Of a DNA stretch of 64,000 bases, positions 54,746 to 64,000 are shown piece by piece. This DNA comes from an uncultured Alphaproteobacteria bacterium (GTDB taxonomy: Bacteria > Pseudomonadota > Alphaproteobacteria > HIMB59 > GCA-002718135). The notes under the pieces were generated by a model that saw only the letters and a program-made list of their open reading frames with translations, did no database searches and was not told the origin of the DNA. The stretch spans positions 12,082-76,081 of the forward strand of contig CACJZA010000005.1 of NCBI GenBank assembly GCA_902597795.1, given 5' to 3'. The number at the start of each line of letters is the position of its first letter. Position 1 is the stretch's first letter. The position numbers and the translations under genes were made by a program.

Positions 54746-56232
54746 TTGGTCGGAATTTTAAATTCAGGACCTTTTGTAATACTTTTTGGCCATCTACTCG
54801 TCATAGTTTTTAAATTTGTAAAAAATCTAACACCTTCCATTCCATGCATTGAGTGATCACCATATAATGATTGTTTCCAACCTCCAAAACTATGAAATGC
54901 CATGGGTACCGGAATAGGAACATTAATTCCAACCATTCCTATTTTACAATTAGTTGTAAAATGCCTAGAAACATCTCCATCAGAAGTATAAATACTTGTA
55001 CCATTACCAAAAGCATGTTCATTAACTAATTTTAAGGCTTCTTCATAGTTTTCAACTCTTAATACACATAAAACTGGACCAAAAATTTCCTCTTTATATA
55101 TCTGCATTTCTTTTTTAACATTATCAAAAAGTGTAGGGCCTACAAAAAAACCATTCTCGTAACCTTGAATATTATAATTTCTTCCATCTAAAATTAATTT
55201 AGCTCCTTCATTTTCCCCAATAGTTATATAATTTTCTACTTTTTCTTTATGTTCTTTTGAAATTAATGGTCCTAAATTTGCTTCATTATCTGTCCAAGGG
55301 GCTACTTTTAAAGTTTGAGCCTTACTATTTATACTGTCTACAAGAGCATCACCAATATTTCCAATTGCAATAGCTACAGATACAGCCATACATCTTTCAC
55401 CAGCAGAGCCGTAAGCAGCTCCAATTATTCCATCAACTGCTTGATCTAAGTTTGCATCTGGCATAACTAATAAATGATTTTTTGCACCTCCAAGAGATTG
55501 AACACGTTTACCATAGTTAGCTGCTTCCCTGTAAATGTATTTAGCAACTGGTGTAGAACCAACGAAACTTATAGATTTAATATCTTCAGCTTCAATCAAA
55601 TTATCAACTACAGACTTATCTCCATGAATTATATTTAGTACACCATTTGGTAAGCCAGCTTCAGTAAAAAGTTCTGCTAATTTATTAGCGCAAGAAGGAT
55701 CTTTTTCTGATGGTTTTAAAATAAAACTATTTCCACAAGCGATTGATATAGGAAACATCCACATTGGAACCATTGCAGGAAAATTAAATGGAGTAATACC
55801 TGCAGTTATACCAATGGGTTGTCTTACGGACCAAGAGTCAATATTTCTTCCTACATTTTGAGAAAAATCACCCTTTAGTAAATGTGGTATTCCACAAGCA
55901 AATTCAACAACCTCTAAACCTCTTGTTACAGATCCTTTTGCGTCTTCAAAGGTTTTACCGTGTTCTCTAGAAATAATTTGTGCTAATTCTTCTAAATTTT
56001 TTTCAATTAAATTCTTGAAATTTGATAATATTCTTGATCTTCTTAATGGCGTTTCCTGACTCCAGAGATTGAATGCATTTTTTGAGCTAGTTATTAGTTT
56101 TTCAAAATCATATTTATTGGAGTTAATTACGTTACCTTGAATTTCACCAGTAGCAGGATTGGTAATAGTTAGATATTTATCAGAATTTGGCTCAACTATT
56201 TGACCATCAATATAATTATGTATTTTATACAT
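54742..56232 (-). CDS. mmsA: CoA-acylating methylmalonate/malonate-semialdehyde dehydrogenase
   Basis: RGLEVVEFACGIPHLLKG, TPFNFPAMVPMWMFP, KPSEKDP, SFVGST, GGAKNH, GSAGERCMA and VGINVPIPVPM. Confidence 0.94.
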   Translation of the reverse strand: MYKIHNYIDGQIVEPNSDKYLTITNPATGEIQGNVINSNKYDFEKLITSSKNAFNLWSQETPLRRSRILSNFKNLIEKNLEELAQIISREHGKTFEDAKGSVTRGLEVVEFACGIPHLLKGDFSQNVGRNIDSWSVRQPIGITAGITPFNFPAMVPMWMFPISIACGNSFILKPSEKDPSCANKLAELFTEAGLPNGVLNIIHGDKSVVDNLIEAEDIKSISFVGSTPVAKYIYREAANYGKRVQSLGGAKNHLLVMPDANLDQAVDGIIGAAYGSAGERCMAVSVAIAIGNIGDALVDSINSKAQTLKVAPWTDNEANLGPLISKEHKEKVENYITIGENEGAKLILDGRNYNIQGYENGFFVGPTLFDNVKKEMQIYKEEIFGPVLCVLRVENYEEALKLVNEHAFGNGTSIYTSDGDVSRHFTTNCKIGMVGINVPIPVPMAFHSFGGWKQSLYGDHSMHGMEGVRFFTNLKTMTSRWPKSITKGPEFKIPTN

Positions 56233-56333
56233 TTGTACTTTTAATAATTACAATATGATTTTAATTAATACAATCATAAATTAATTTAATTATATTCAAA
56301 GATTTTGAACAATTTATTATTATCGTAATTGTA

Positions 56334-57347
56334 TTAAATTACTTTTATATGATTTGAAATTTTAAATGTAATTATGATATAAATTATTAAAAATACTAAG
56401 AAAAAAATTAATGATGCCTCCGAACCAATAAAATAATAAATATAGAAGCCAAGTAAATTAGCAATAATAGCAACAATAGTAATCACCAAAAGTGAAATAT
56501 AATTACTAATTCCAAGACCAATTAGAAGATGATGTAGATGAGTTTTATCAGGTTTAAATGGATTTTTTAATCGTAAAATTCTTCTAATAGTTACAGATAA
56601 AAAATCAAATACAGGAATAGTAACGCACCATATTGTTAGAATAGGTGGTAAACTATTGATAGGATTTTGTGAATACAAAATCAGAAGCCACGAAACAAAA
56701 AAACCTAAAAACATACTACCAGCATCACCAAGAAATATTTTAAAGTAAGGATTTAAATTAAAAAAAACGAATAAAAAAATTATAAAACTAACTATTATGA
56801 TAAAATCATAATCAATTATCAAAGTTATAGTGTTCAAAATATAAGAAAACAGTAAAATAGATAAAATAGCTATTATTGATAAAACTGAGCACAGGCCATC
56901 TATTCCATCAATAAAATTAAATGAGTTTGTTAAACCAATAACACAAAAAACTGTAAATATAATTGACCAAATTCCTAAATTAATATCATTATACACAAAG
57001 TAACTGCCTATATTTTCAATATACAAACCCGATCCAATTATTATTAATGTACAAACTAATTGTGCAAATAATCTAAATATAACACCTAATTCAATTGAAT
57101 CATCTAACACACCAAGAAAAATTATTAATGATGATGTATATATCAAAATATTAATATAAAAACTTGTGTTATAAAAAAAACAATAAAAAAGAACATTTAA
57201 ATAAATAACAATACCGCCAATTAGTGGAATATTTCCATCATGAATTTTTCTATGATTTGGAATATCAATCAATTTAAGATTTGGAGCTATATAATTTAGA
57301 ACTAAAGTAAATAGAATGAATGTCAATATTACTGAAAAATAAATCAT
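56334..57347 (-). CDS. wecA: WecA/MraY-like undecaprenyl-phosphate GlcNAc-1-P transferase
   Basis: D.P..RK.H...IPL.GG, G..DD, NSFNFIDGIDGL, FLGDAGS and PF.PD..HLHH; very hydrophobic. Confidence 0.88.
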   Translation of the reverse strand: MIYFSVILTFILFTLVLNYIAPNLKLIDIPNHRKIHDGNIPLIGGIVIYLNVLFYCFFYNTSFYINILIYTSSLIIFLGVLDDSIELGVIFRLFAQLVCTLIIIGSGLYIENIGSYFVYNDINLGIWSIIFTVFCVIGLTNSFNFIDGIDGLCSVLSIIAILSILLFSYILNTITLIIDYDFIIIVSFIIFLFVFFNLNPYFKIFLGDAGSMFLGFFVSWLLILYSQNPINSLPPILTIWCVTIPVFDFLSVTIRRILRLKNPFKPDKTHLHHLLIGLGISNYISLLVITIVAIIANLLGFYIYYFIGSEASLIFFLVFLIIYIIITFKISNHIKVI

Positions 57348-58624
57348 TAAATTTTTAAAATATTTTTTTTATTTGGTAATATATTTTTAATATCTAAAAT
57401 TACTCCTTTTCTTTTTAAAAGTTTATTTATTTTATTATAACCCATTTTTTTAAAATGATTATGAGCTACTGACAAAATAATAAAATCATAAAAATTTTTT
57501 TTAGGTTTAATGATTATATTTTTGCTTAAATATTCAATTTTATTATTTTTATTTAAATATGGATCATATGAAAATATAAAATGATTAGTCTTATTGAGAT
57601 ATTTCACAATATCTATTGATTTCGAATTTCTGAAATCATTACAATTTTCTTTGAAAGTAAGACCCATAACAAGAATATTTATTTTCTTTCTATGAAATAT
57701 TTCTTTTATTTTAAGTAATGATTTTTTAACAATAAACTTAGAAAAATTATCATTTATTTTTCTTCCCGCAATTATAATTTGAGAATTATGACCTGCTTTT
57801 TTTGATCGATATGTAAGATAATATGGGTCAACACCTATACAATGCCCTCCTACCAATCCTGGTTTAAAATTTAAAAAATTCCATTTTGTTGATGCTGCTT
57901 TTAAAACCTCATGAGTATTAATATTTAACTTATTAAATATTTGAGTTAATTCATTCATATAAGCAATATTAATATCCCTTTGTGCGTTTTCAATAACTTT
58001 AGCAGCTTCCGCTATTTTTATACTTGGAGCAAGATATGTTCCTTTTTTTATAATTATTTTATAAAGATTATCTATAATTTTAGCTGAATAAGAATTTGAT
58101 CCGCTGGTAATCTTAATTACATTTTGTAATGTATTAATTTTATCACCAGGATTTATTCGTTCAGGAGAGTAACCACAAAAAAAATCTGAATTTAATTTTA
58201 AACTAGAGTTTTTTATTAATAAAGGTATACAATATTCCTCTGTCAATCCTGGATAAAAGGTAGATTCAAAAACAACAAAATTGTTTTTGCTTAAATATTT
58301 AGAAATTAATAAACAAGAGTTTTTGATATATTTTAAATTTGGAGTCTTATTAGCATTTATAGGAGTTGGTAAAGTTACAATATAAAAATTACAATCAATA
58401 ATATCCTTTTCATTATATGTAAACTTTAAGTATTTAGAACTTTTAATTTCATTTTTTTTGAATTCATTATTTGAGTCAATATTATTAGATAAATTTTTAA
58501 TTCTTTCAATATTGGTATCAAAAGCAAGAGTTTTAAATTTTTTACCAAAGGCTAGAGCTAAAGGAAGACCAACATAGCCGATACCTATAATACAAATATT
58601 TATTGTTTTAAAATTTAGTTTCAT
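57347..58624 (-). CDS. UDP-N-acetylhexosamine 6-dehydrogenase (WbpO/TviB-like)
   Basis: G.GYVGLPLA, ESTFYPG.TEE, YSPERINPGD, AEAAKVIEN.QRD.NIA, PGLVGGHCIGVDPYYL and GLTFKENC.D.RN. Confidence 0.9.
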   Translation of the reverse strand: MKLNFKTINICIIGIGYVGLPLALAFGKKFKTLAFDTNIERIKNLSNNIDSNNEFKKNEIKSSKYLKFTYNEKDIIDCNFYIVTLPTPINANKTPNLKYIKNSCLLISKYLSKNNFVVFESTFYPGLTEEYCIPLLIKNSSLKLNSDFFCGYSPERINPGDKINTLQNVIKITSGSNSYSAKIIDNLYKIIIKKGTYLAPSIKIAEAAKVIENAQRDINIAYMNELTQIFNKLNINTHEVLKAASTKWNFLNFKPGLVGGHCIGVDPYYLTYRSKKAGHNSQIIIAGRKINDNFSKFIVKKSLLKIKEIFHRKKINILVMGLTFKENCNDFRNSKSIDIVKYLNKTNHFIFSYDPYLNKNNKIEYLSKNIIIKPKKNFYDFIILSVAHNHFKKMGYNKINKLLKRKGVILDIKNILPNKKNILKI

Positions 58625-59489
58625 TAGATTTAAAAATAAGCAAATAGATAACTAAAATTATAAAAGATACTGGTAATGAAAGCAAAAGTCCTATTCTTAA
58701 TGTAAATTTTAATATAGCACCTCCTAGAAAAGTAAAACCTATAAATTGAAAAAAAATACCCATAAAATATTCTCCAAAACCCGGATAATTATAAAAGCCA
58801 GTTCTATCAAGCAAATAATTAGATGAAAAAATATAATATGTTTGTTCTATAGAATAATTATATCCTAATGAGTATATTGTTAAAAAAATGACTAAAAAAT
58901 CTAAAAAAAACTGCAAAGAATAATATATAATTAAAGTTTTATAAAAACTTTTACTAAAAATTAAAAATCTACTTAATTTAAAATAATAAATAAGATATGT
59001 TGAAAATTTTCTAATTATGATAAAAAAAATCAAAAGAACTATTAAATAAATTATAAAGTAATAAATATTAAATTCGAATAAAAGTATGAATGAAACTAAA
59101 ATTAAAACAAAAAAAAATAAATACAAAATAATCGTAATTGCTAATACAGATAAAAATTTATTATAGTTTAATCCCATTTTTTTTAAGATAAAGGCTTTAT
59201 ATGCTGTGCCAAAAAATGGAATTAGTAAATTGATAATTGTGCTTTTATAAAATAATTTTAAAAATTCCCTAAAGCTTATTTTTAACTCACTAACATTCTT
59301 GTATAATTTATAATTATAAATATTTTGAACAAAGAAAATAGTTGAGAAAATTATAATACAGAGTGAGAAGTAATTTAAATTTAAATTTTTTGTAGAGACT
59401 ATCAAATTGTCAAGTTGAATTCGACTAAAAAGTAAGTAAACAATTACAATATAAACAAAAAATTTCAAATATGAATAAATTCGTTTCAT
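58608..59489 (-). CDS. Membrane protein, possible lysylphosphatidylglycerol-synthase-TM / flippase-like
   Basis: Multi-pass hydrophobic ORF with N.L.P...G, PG.GE and a late Arg in the last helix. Glycan-locus context. Weak similarity only. Confidence 0.45.
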   Translation of the reverse strand: MKRIYSYLKFFVYIVIVYLLFSRIQLDNLIVSTKNLNLNYFSLCIIIFSTIFFVQNIYNYKLYKNVSELKISFREFLKLFYKSTIINLLIPFFGTAYKAFILKKMGLNYNKFLSVLAITIILYLFFFVLILVSFILLFEFNIYYFIIYLIVLLIFFIIIRKFSTYLIYYFKLSRFLIFSKSFYKTLIIYYSLQFFLDFLVIFLTIYSLGYNYSIEQTYYIFSSNYLLDRTGFYNYPGFGEYFMGIFFQFIGFTFLGGAILKFTLRIGLLLSLPVSFIILVIYLLIFKSNETKF

Positions 59490-60646
59490 AATTTTAAAAT
59501 TTCTTTAACTAAATTGTTTGATATATTTTTTCTTCTATAAATATCTATAAATGATTTGCGATCATGATAAAATTTAACAATTTTTTTTAACTTAATTAAA
59601 CCATCATCAACATCCGATGAATTAAAAATATAACAACCATTAATGTTTTTTTGACAAAAACTTTTAGAAAATCCATTTAAGCCGGCTAAAATTGGCTTAG
59701 ATGTTGCAGCATATTCAAATATCTTTGATGGTAAAACGTGTTTAGAAGATTCATGATTATTCAAATGTAAAAAAACAATATCAGTTTCCTTGTAATATTT
59801 TTTTAATAATTTTCTTTCAATTGGTTTTAAAATTTTAACGTTATGAATTTTAAATTCTACAATTTTTTTTTGTAATAATTCTTTTGAGTTTCCATCTCCA
59901 ATAATTAAATAATCATAAATATTCGTTGTTTTCTTAGCTAAATGTGGAATAATCTTTTCAAGTCCTTGACCAAATCCAATGTTTCCAACATATAAAATTT
60001 TAATTTTTTTATGTGTTTTATTTAAATTTGTGTAATCATATTTTAAAAAAAGATCATCAATACCATTTGTGTAATTTGTTAGTTTAATATTAGGATATTT
60101 AGAAATGTAGTATGAGTTAAATCCTTCTGATACTAAATTTAATTTTTCACAATTATTACATGTAAAACTCTCTATTTTGTTTAAAATATATTTTATAATA
60201 GTTAGATTATAAATACCTCCAATGAGATCCAAAGATTGAATAAAATTATCTCTAAATTCACAATAAATTTTTATATTTAATCTTTTTGCTATTAATGATC
60301 CTAGAAAACTGGTCATTAACTTTGAAGATGTAGCAAAAATTTTATCGTAATTCTTATTTTTTGTTTTATATAATACCCAAGTAAAAAAAATAAAGTAATT
60401 TAAAACTTGAACAAACTTACTATTATAATGTTTAAAAAGTTTAATTCTATTAATCTTAATATTTTTTTTCTCTATAATAATATTGTCAGATTCATAATTG
60501 TCATATCTATGAGGAAATGTTGTATAAATTTCCAAAACATCATTTTTACTCATATATTTTTTAAATTCGTTGACTAAAGATGACATTCTAAATGACCCAG
60601 CTGATAAATCTGGTGGAAAATATTGTGTGATTAATAAAATTTTCAT
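59486..60646 (-). CDS. Glycosyltransferase family 4 (WbuB/WeeG-like)
   Basis: QYFPPDLSAGSFR, NGID, YVGNIG.GQGL and VLPSKIFEYAA..KPILAG. Confidence 0.88.
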   Translation of the reverse strand: MKILLITQYFPPDLSAGSFRMSSLVNEFKKYMSKNDVLEIYTTFPHRYDNYESDNIIIEKKNIKINRIKLFKHYNSKFVQVLNYFIFFTWVLYKTKNKNYDKIFATSSKLMTSFLGSLIAKRLNIKIYCEFRDNFIQSLDLIGGIYNLTIIKYILNKIESFTCNNCEKLNLVSEGFNSYYISKYPNIKLTNYTNGIDDLFLKYDYTNLNKTHKKIKILYVGNIGFGQGLEKIIPHLAKKTTNIYDYLIIGDGNSKELLQKKIVEFKIHNVKILKPIERKLLKKYYKETDIVFLHLNNHESSKHVLPSKIFEYAATSKPILAGLNGFSKSFCQKNINGCYIFNSSDVDDGLIKLKKIVKFYHDRKSFIDIYRRKNISNNLVKEILKL

Positions 60647-62241
60647 TAAAATGACAATTCAAATATATTAGATTTTTTTTTACTATCTAAAAAGATACAA
60701 ATATTTTTATTTTTTTTTACCTTTCCAAAACTAGGATACCATTCAGATTCTTCTATGTAGAACTTATTATTAATTTTAAAATAAACTATATTATTATCAA
60801 TTATAAAACTGTTTTTTTGTATCTTAATATCTGGGTGTAGGAAAAATCTGACAATTGCTTTTTTAAAATCCCCATAAATTTCATCTTTTATCATAAAATT
60901 ATCTTCATAAATTTTAAATGTCCTTTTATGAATAAGTTTTTTAAAAAAAGATGAATATCCATTATGTGATGAGCCAAATATTACACTTTTGTTTGAATAT
61001 TTCTCGAATAAATCAAATACTTTTGCTCTTTTACCAACTCTAAATGATTTCCAGATATCGCTTGAATTTTTATCATTTATTTCAATAGTATTTTGAGCAC
61101 TAGTAGATCTTTGATAAATTCTGTCAGTGTTGTTTTCATAAGTATTAATACCAGAATTTACAAATAATCTTTTTTTTCCAAAACTTAATTCAAAGGCTAA
61201 TGAATTGGCGTGCGAATGCCCTGGCTGAAAATCTGGTTTAATATTTGATATGCTAGAAATTAATTTAAATATATTATTTGAATAAATATAAAATCCAGTA
61301 TCTTTTAATACGATAAGTTTATTTTTTTCTTCAACATATTTAGGATGATTTAAATTAGATAAAAAAGCGTTAATTCTTTTAAGTAAATTAGATATGTCTA
61401 TATTATGACTAAAATTTGAGTCATTAAAAAAAGGAATATTTTTGTCAGGATGTAAAATAGAAATCATCCATTTATTCATAACGATAATTTTTTTTATAAG
61501 TTTATTTTTTATTTTTATATTTATTTTAGAATTATCCAAATAGTAATATAGATTTAACAAATCATTTAATATTAATATGTGGTACGAAGGACTTCTTTCA
61601 AAATAACCACCATCTTTTAAAATTTGTTTTGAAAGTTCAGAATAGAAAACTTTATAGTAATAATCTCTTTCATTTAAATTAAAAATACTTTTATCAAAAT
61701 TGATAATATAAATAATACAAATTAAATTTGAAATTAAATGATTTGCATCTAGGTGATATTCAATATTTTTTTTCAAAAATTGTGATTGCATTTTAATTGA
61801 ATTTATAATTTTCTTATCTTTTAATTTGAATTTTGATATTAAATTTATCCAATTAATTAATCTTTTGGAAGTGGGATAGGGATCTAAACCTACAGATAAA
61901 TGAATGAAGTTATTGTCTATCCAATGATAAATGATTTTTTTATATTGTTCTATATTTTTTGAATTGACTTTATCTAGAAAATTAAAATAATGTAGATTAT
62001 AAAGAAAAAGTTTATTTTGATTTTTTATAGACCAAGAGAAATCACGATTAAAAATAATCTCATTATCAAAAACTTTAATTTTTATATTTGTATTTAAAGA
62101 AGTATTATAATATTTCTTAACTATAAAATATTTTTTTAATTGTATAAATGTTTTATTTAATAATCGATACTTTATAAGGAATATAATTTGTCTAATTTTT
62201 AAATTTTTTAATGTGTTAAATAATCTTAGTCTCAAATACAT
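60646..62241 (-). CDS. Heparinase II/III family protein
   Basis: L..YNLHYF.FL, PYPTS.R.INW, EYHL.ANHL, Q.L.DGG.FERSP.YH, P.FNDS, PGH.HA..L.FELS, R.T.A.NT and W..FRV..RA. Confidence 0.85.
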   Translation of the reverse strand: MYLRLRLFNTLKNLKIRQIIFLIKYRLLNKTFIQLKKYFIVKKYYNTSLNTNIKIKVFDNEIIFNRDFSWSIKNQNKLFLYNLHYFNFLDKVNSKNIEQYKKIIYHWIDNNFIHLSVGLDPYPTSKRLINWINLISKFKLKDKKIINSIKMQSQFLKKNIEYHLDANHLISNLICIIYIINFDKSIFNLNERDYYYKVFYSELSKQILKDGGYFERSPSYHILILNDLLNLYYYLDNSKINIKIKNKLIKKIIVMNKWMISILHPDKNIPFFNDSNFSHNIDISNLLKRINAFLSNLNHPKYVEEKNKLIVLKDTGFYIYSNNIFKLISSISNIKPDFQPGHSHANSLAFELSFGKKRLFVNSGINTYENNTDRIYQRSTSAQNTIEINDKNSSDIWKSFRVGKRAKVFDLFEKYSNKSVIFGSSHNGYSSFFKKLIHKRTFKIYEDNFMIKDEIYGDFKKAIVRFFLHPDIKIQKNSFIIDNNIVYFKINNKFYIEESEWYPSFGKVKKNKNICIFLDSKKKSNIFELSF

Positions 62242-63317
62242 ATCCTTTTTAAAACTTTATAAATTCTAAAAGATGAATTTCCATCCCATTTATTAGGAAT
62301 AAAACTTTTTTTCCATTTATTTTTAATTATTTTGTCTACATTTGAAGAAAGTTTTTTAAAATTATTATTAATTAAAATATTGGATCCAATGTTTATAGTT
62401 TCTGGTCTCTCAGTACTATTTCTCATTGTTATACAAGGGATTTTAAAATAAGTAGTTTCTTCAGTAATTCCTCCCGAGTCTGTAATCACACCATTTGATT
62501 TTTTTACAAGATAATTAAATTCTAAATATGACAAAGATTTGATAAAAATTATATTTTTATACTTTAATTTTAATTTTTTTATAATTTTACTAATTCTTGG
62601 ATGATAAGAAAATATTATTTTAATTTTTTTTGTAAAAGAATTCAAATTTTTCAAGATTTTTTCAAATATAATTATATTATCTACATTTGATGGTCTATGC
62701 ATTGTTACAACTAAATATTTAATATTAGATAGATTTAAATTATCAAAAAAAACTGGTTTTATTAATTTTTGCTCATTCAATTTTAAGGTATCAATCATAG
62801 TATTACCAACAAAATATATATTTTTTTTATTTTTACCTTCTGAAATTAAAATTTTTTTAGCTTCAATAGAAGTAGTAAAAAAAATGTCAGTAATTGAATC
62901 AGTAACAATTCTATTAATTTCTTCAGGCATTGATATATCATAAGATCTTAAACCAGATTCAATATGAATAACTTTAATACCAAATTTTTTTGCAACTAAT
63001 GAACAAGCAAGGGTAGAATTAACATCTCCCACAACAATAGTATAATTAGATTTATTTTTTTTTAATATTTTTTCATAATTAAGCATTATTTTTGCAGTTT
63101 GGAAACTTTGTGATCCTGACCCAGATTTTAAATTGAAATCAGGATTTCTAATATTTAGTTGTTTAAAGAAAATATCAGATAGATTGTTAGCATAATGTTG
63201 ACCTGTATGTATTAATCTTACTTTAAAAAACTTATCAGCATCAAGTAATTTTAATAAATTTACTATTTTAACAAAATTAGGTCTAGCTCCTACAATTAAA
63301 TCAATTATCATAATCAT
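62232..63317 (-). CDS. wecB: UDP-GlcNAc 2-epimerase, non-hydrolysing
   Basis: GARPNF.K, HTGQHY, VGDVNST, H.ESGLRS.D..MPEE.NR, T.HRPSNVD, TDSGG..EE, R..TERPET and WDG. The start may be 63311. Confidence 0.93.
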   Translation of the reverse strand: MIMIIDLIVGARPNFVKIVNLLKLLDADKFFKVRLIHTGQHYANNLSDIFFKQLNIRNPDFNLKSGSGSQSFQTAKIMLNYEKILKKNKSNYTIVVGDVNSTLACSLVAKKFGIKVIHIESGLRSYDISMPEEINRIVTDSITDIFFTTSIEAKKILISEGKNKKNIYFVGNTMIDTLKLNEQKLIKPVFFDNLNLSNIKYLVVTMHRPSNVDNIIIFEKILKNLNSFTKKIKIIFSYHPRISKIIKKLKLKYKNIIFIKSLSYLEFNYLVKKSNGVITDSGGITEETTYFKIPCITMRNSTERPETINIGSNILINNNFKKLSSNVDKIIKNKWKKSFIPNKWDGNSSFRIYKVLKRICI

Positions 63318-64000
63318 TTTCTAAGTTAATACAAAACTTAGATGTTTGAATGAAGTTTTCTATTTCTTTATAATCAAATAAATTATTTTCAACTGATCCA
63401 ATAAACTTTTTAGTACATTCATTGTGTCCCTTATCTTGTTTCCATAAATTTATTTTTTTGAAATTTTTAAAACCATAACCTTTTAATTTTTTAAAATTAT
63501 CTAATTCTAGAACATTATTATTGCTAAAAATTTTCAGATTTTCTTTAGGATAAATATTATTACCATTTGAGAAATAATTAATAGAAGCTATCGATTGACA
63601 TTCAAATTTAATATTCACAATTAGATTATATTTAATTGTTTTTGAATTTATAATTTCATAATCTATAATATTTGTTTTAGTTATATATTTAATTAAATCT
63701 ATAAAATGGCATAACTCTCCAATTATTCTTCCACCCGAATAATCTGTGTCTGATAACCAACTATTTTCATCTATTTTTCCTGCATTAATTGTGTATGTAA
63801 ATGATTTAGGTGTTGAATTTTCTTTTAATAATTCAATAATTTTTCTAGTAAGAATTGAGTATCTTCTATTAAAACCTACCATCAAGATTTTTTGATTTTT
63901 TTTTACAAGTTTATCTATTTCATCTAACTCATTTTGTTTAGTTGCTAGAGGTTTTTCACAGTAGACATGTTTACCATGATTTAGAGCTTGAATTACTTGA
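63301..64000 (-). CDS. Gfo/Idh/MocA oxidoreductase, probably the C-terminal part of a bi-domain oxidoreductase (5' end outside the window)
   Basis: The frame stays open to the window end: QVIQALNHGKHVYCEKPLA...MVGFNRRY...INAG.....W......GGRIIGE.CHFIDL...PKE...LDNF...QDKGH. Confidence 0.85.
   Translation of the reverse strand, partial: QVIQALNHGKHVYCEKPLATKQNELDEIDKLVKKNQKILMVGFNRRYSILTRKIIELLKENSTPKSFTYTINAGKIDENSWLSDTDYSGGRIIGELCHFIDLIKYITKTNIIDYEIINSKTIKYNLIVNIKFECQSIASINYFSNGNNIYPKENLKIFSNNNVLELDNFKKLKGYGFKNFKKINLWKQDKGHNECTKKFIGSVENNLFDYKEIENFIQTSKFCINLENDYDN

Larger units (their letters stand above)
56334..64000 (-). other. Surface polysaccharide (O-antigen/capsule) biosynthesis island, truncated by the window end
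   Basis: Seven co-oriented, overlapping glycan genes. Visibly more AT-rich with K/N/I/F-biased proteins compared with the upstream genes. Confidence 0.8.

Noticed and set aside
56233-56333. Short inverted repeats upstream of mmsA (TATGATT...AATCATA, TTCAAA-GAT-TTTGAA)
   Set aside because: Almost pure A/T context makes such matches likely by chance.
1-64000. CRISPR arrays, IS elements, prophage genes, rRNA, frameshifted pseudogenes
   Set aside because: No regularly spaced repeats or mobility genes were seen, and the ORFs are of normal family length. The poly-A/T runs reflect base composition.

Overview
Very AT-rich, tightly packed chromosomal DNA from a streamlined marine alphaproteobacterium. 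A SAR11/Pelagibacterales-like or HIMB59-like lineage is inferred from composition and protein character, not proven. The window has four blocks. (1) 1-14.5 kb is housekeeping: NAD kinase end, tRNA-Leu(UAA), map, purB, bolA, grxD, rarD, rpsD, trmJ, cimA, gltX, nadE, class II DAHP synthase, glmU, an orphan ParA and Sua5. (2) 14.5-23 kb is an agmatine/putrescine uptake and gamma-glutamylation cluster. (3) 23-56.2 kb is a large neighbourhood for catabolism of methylated osmolytes and onium compounds: carnitine genes, a butyrobetaine dioxygenase-like gene, betA, a Dpp-type ABC transporter, a homocysteine methyltransferase, two GcvT/DmdA-family enzymes, a ThDP enzyme, an atypical UraH, three aldehyde dehydrogenases and others. 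(4) 56.3-64 kb is an even more AT-rich surface-glycan island that runs off the window end. No CRISPR array, rRNA, integrase or transposase was seen. The best leads are: a tightly coupled alpha-hydroxy-acid oxidase / ThDP enzyme / WWSK-variant UraH / DmdA / OsmC / crotonase operon of unknown substrate; an unannotated 59-aa ORF facing a ScfR/RamB regulator across a symmetric TGTAAA array; a PhnZ-type HD diiron oxygenase candidate next to the carnitine genes; and a probable ATT start codon. All functional calls come from motif recognition by eye, and no searches were run.
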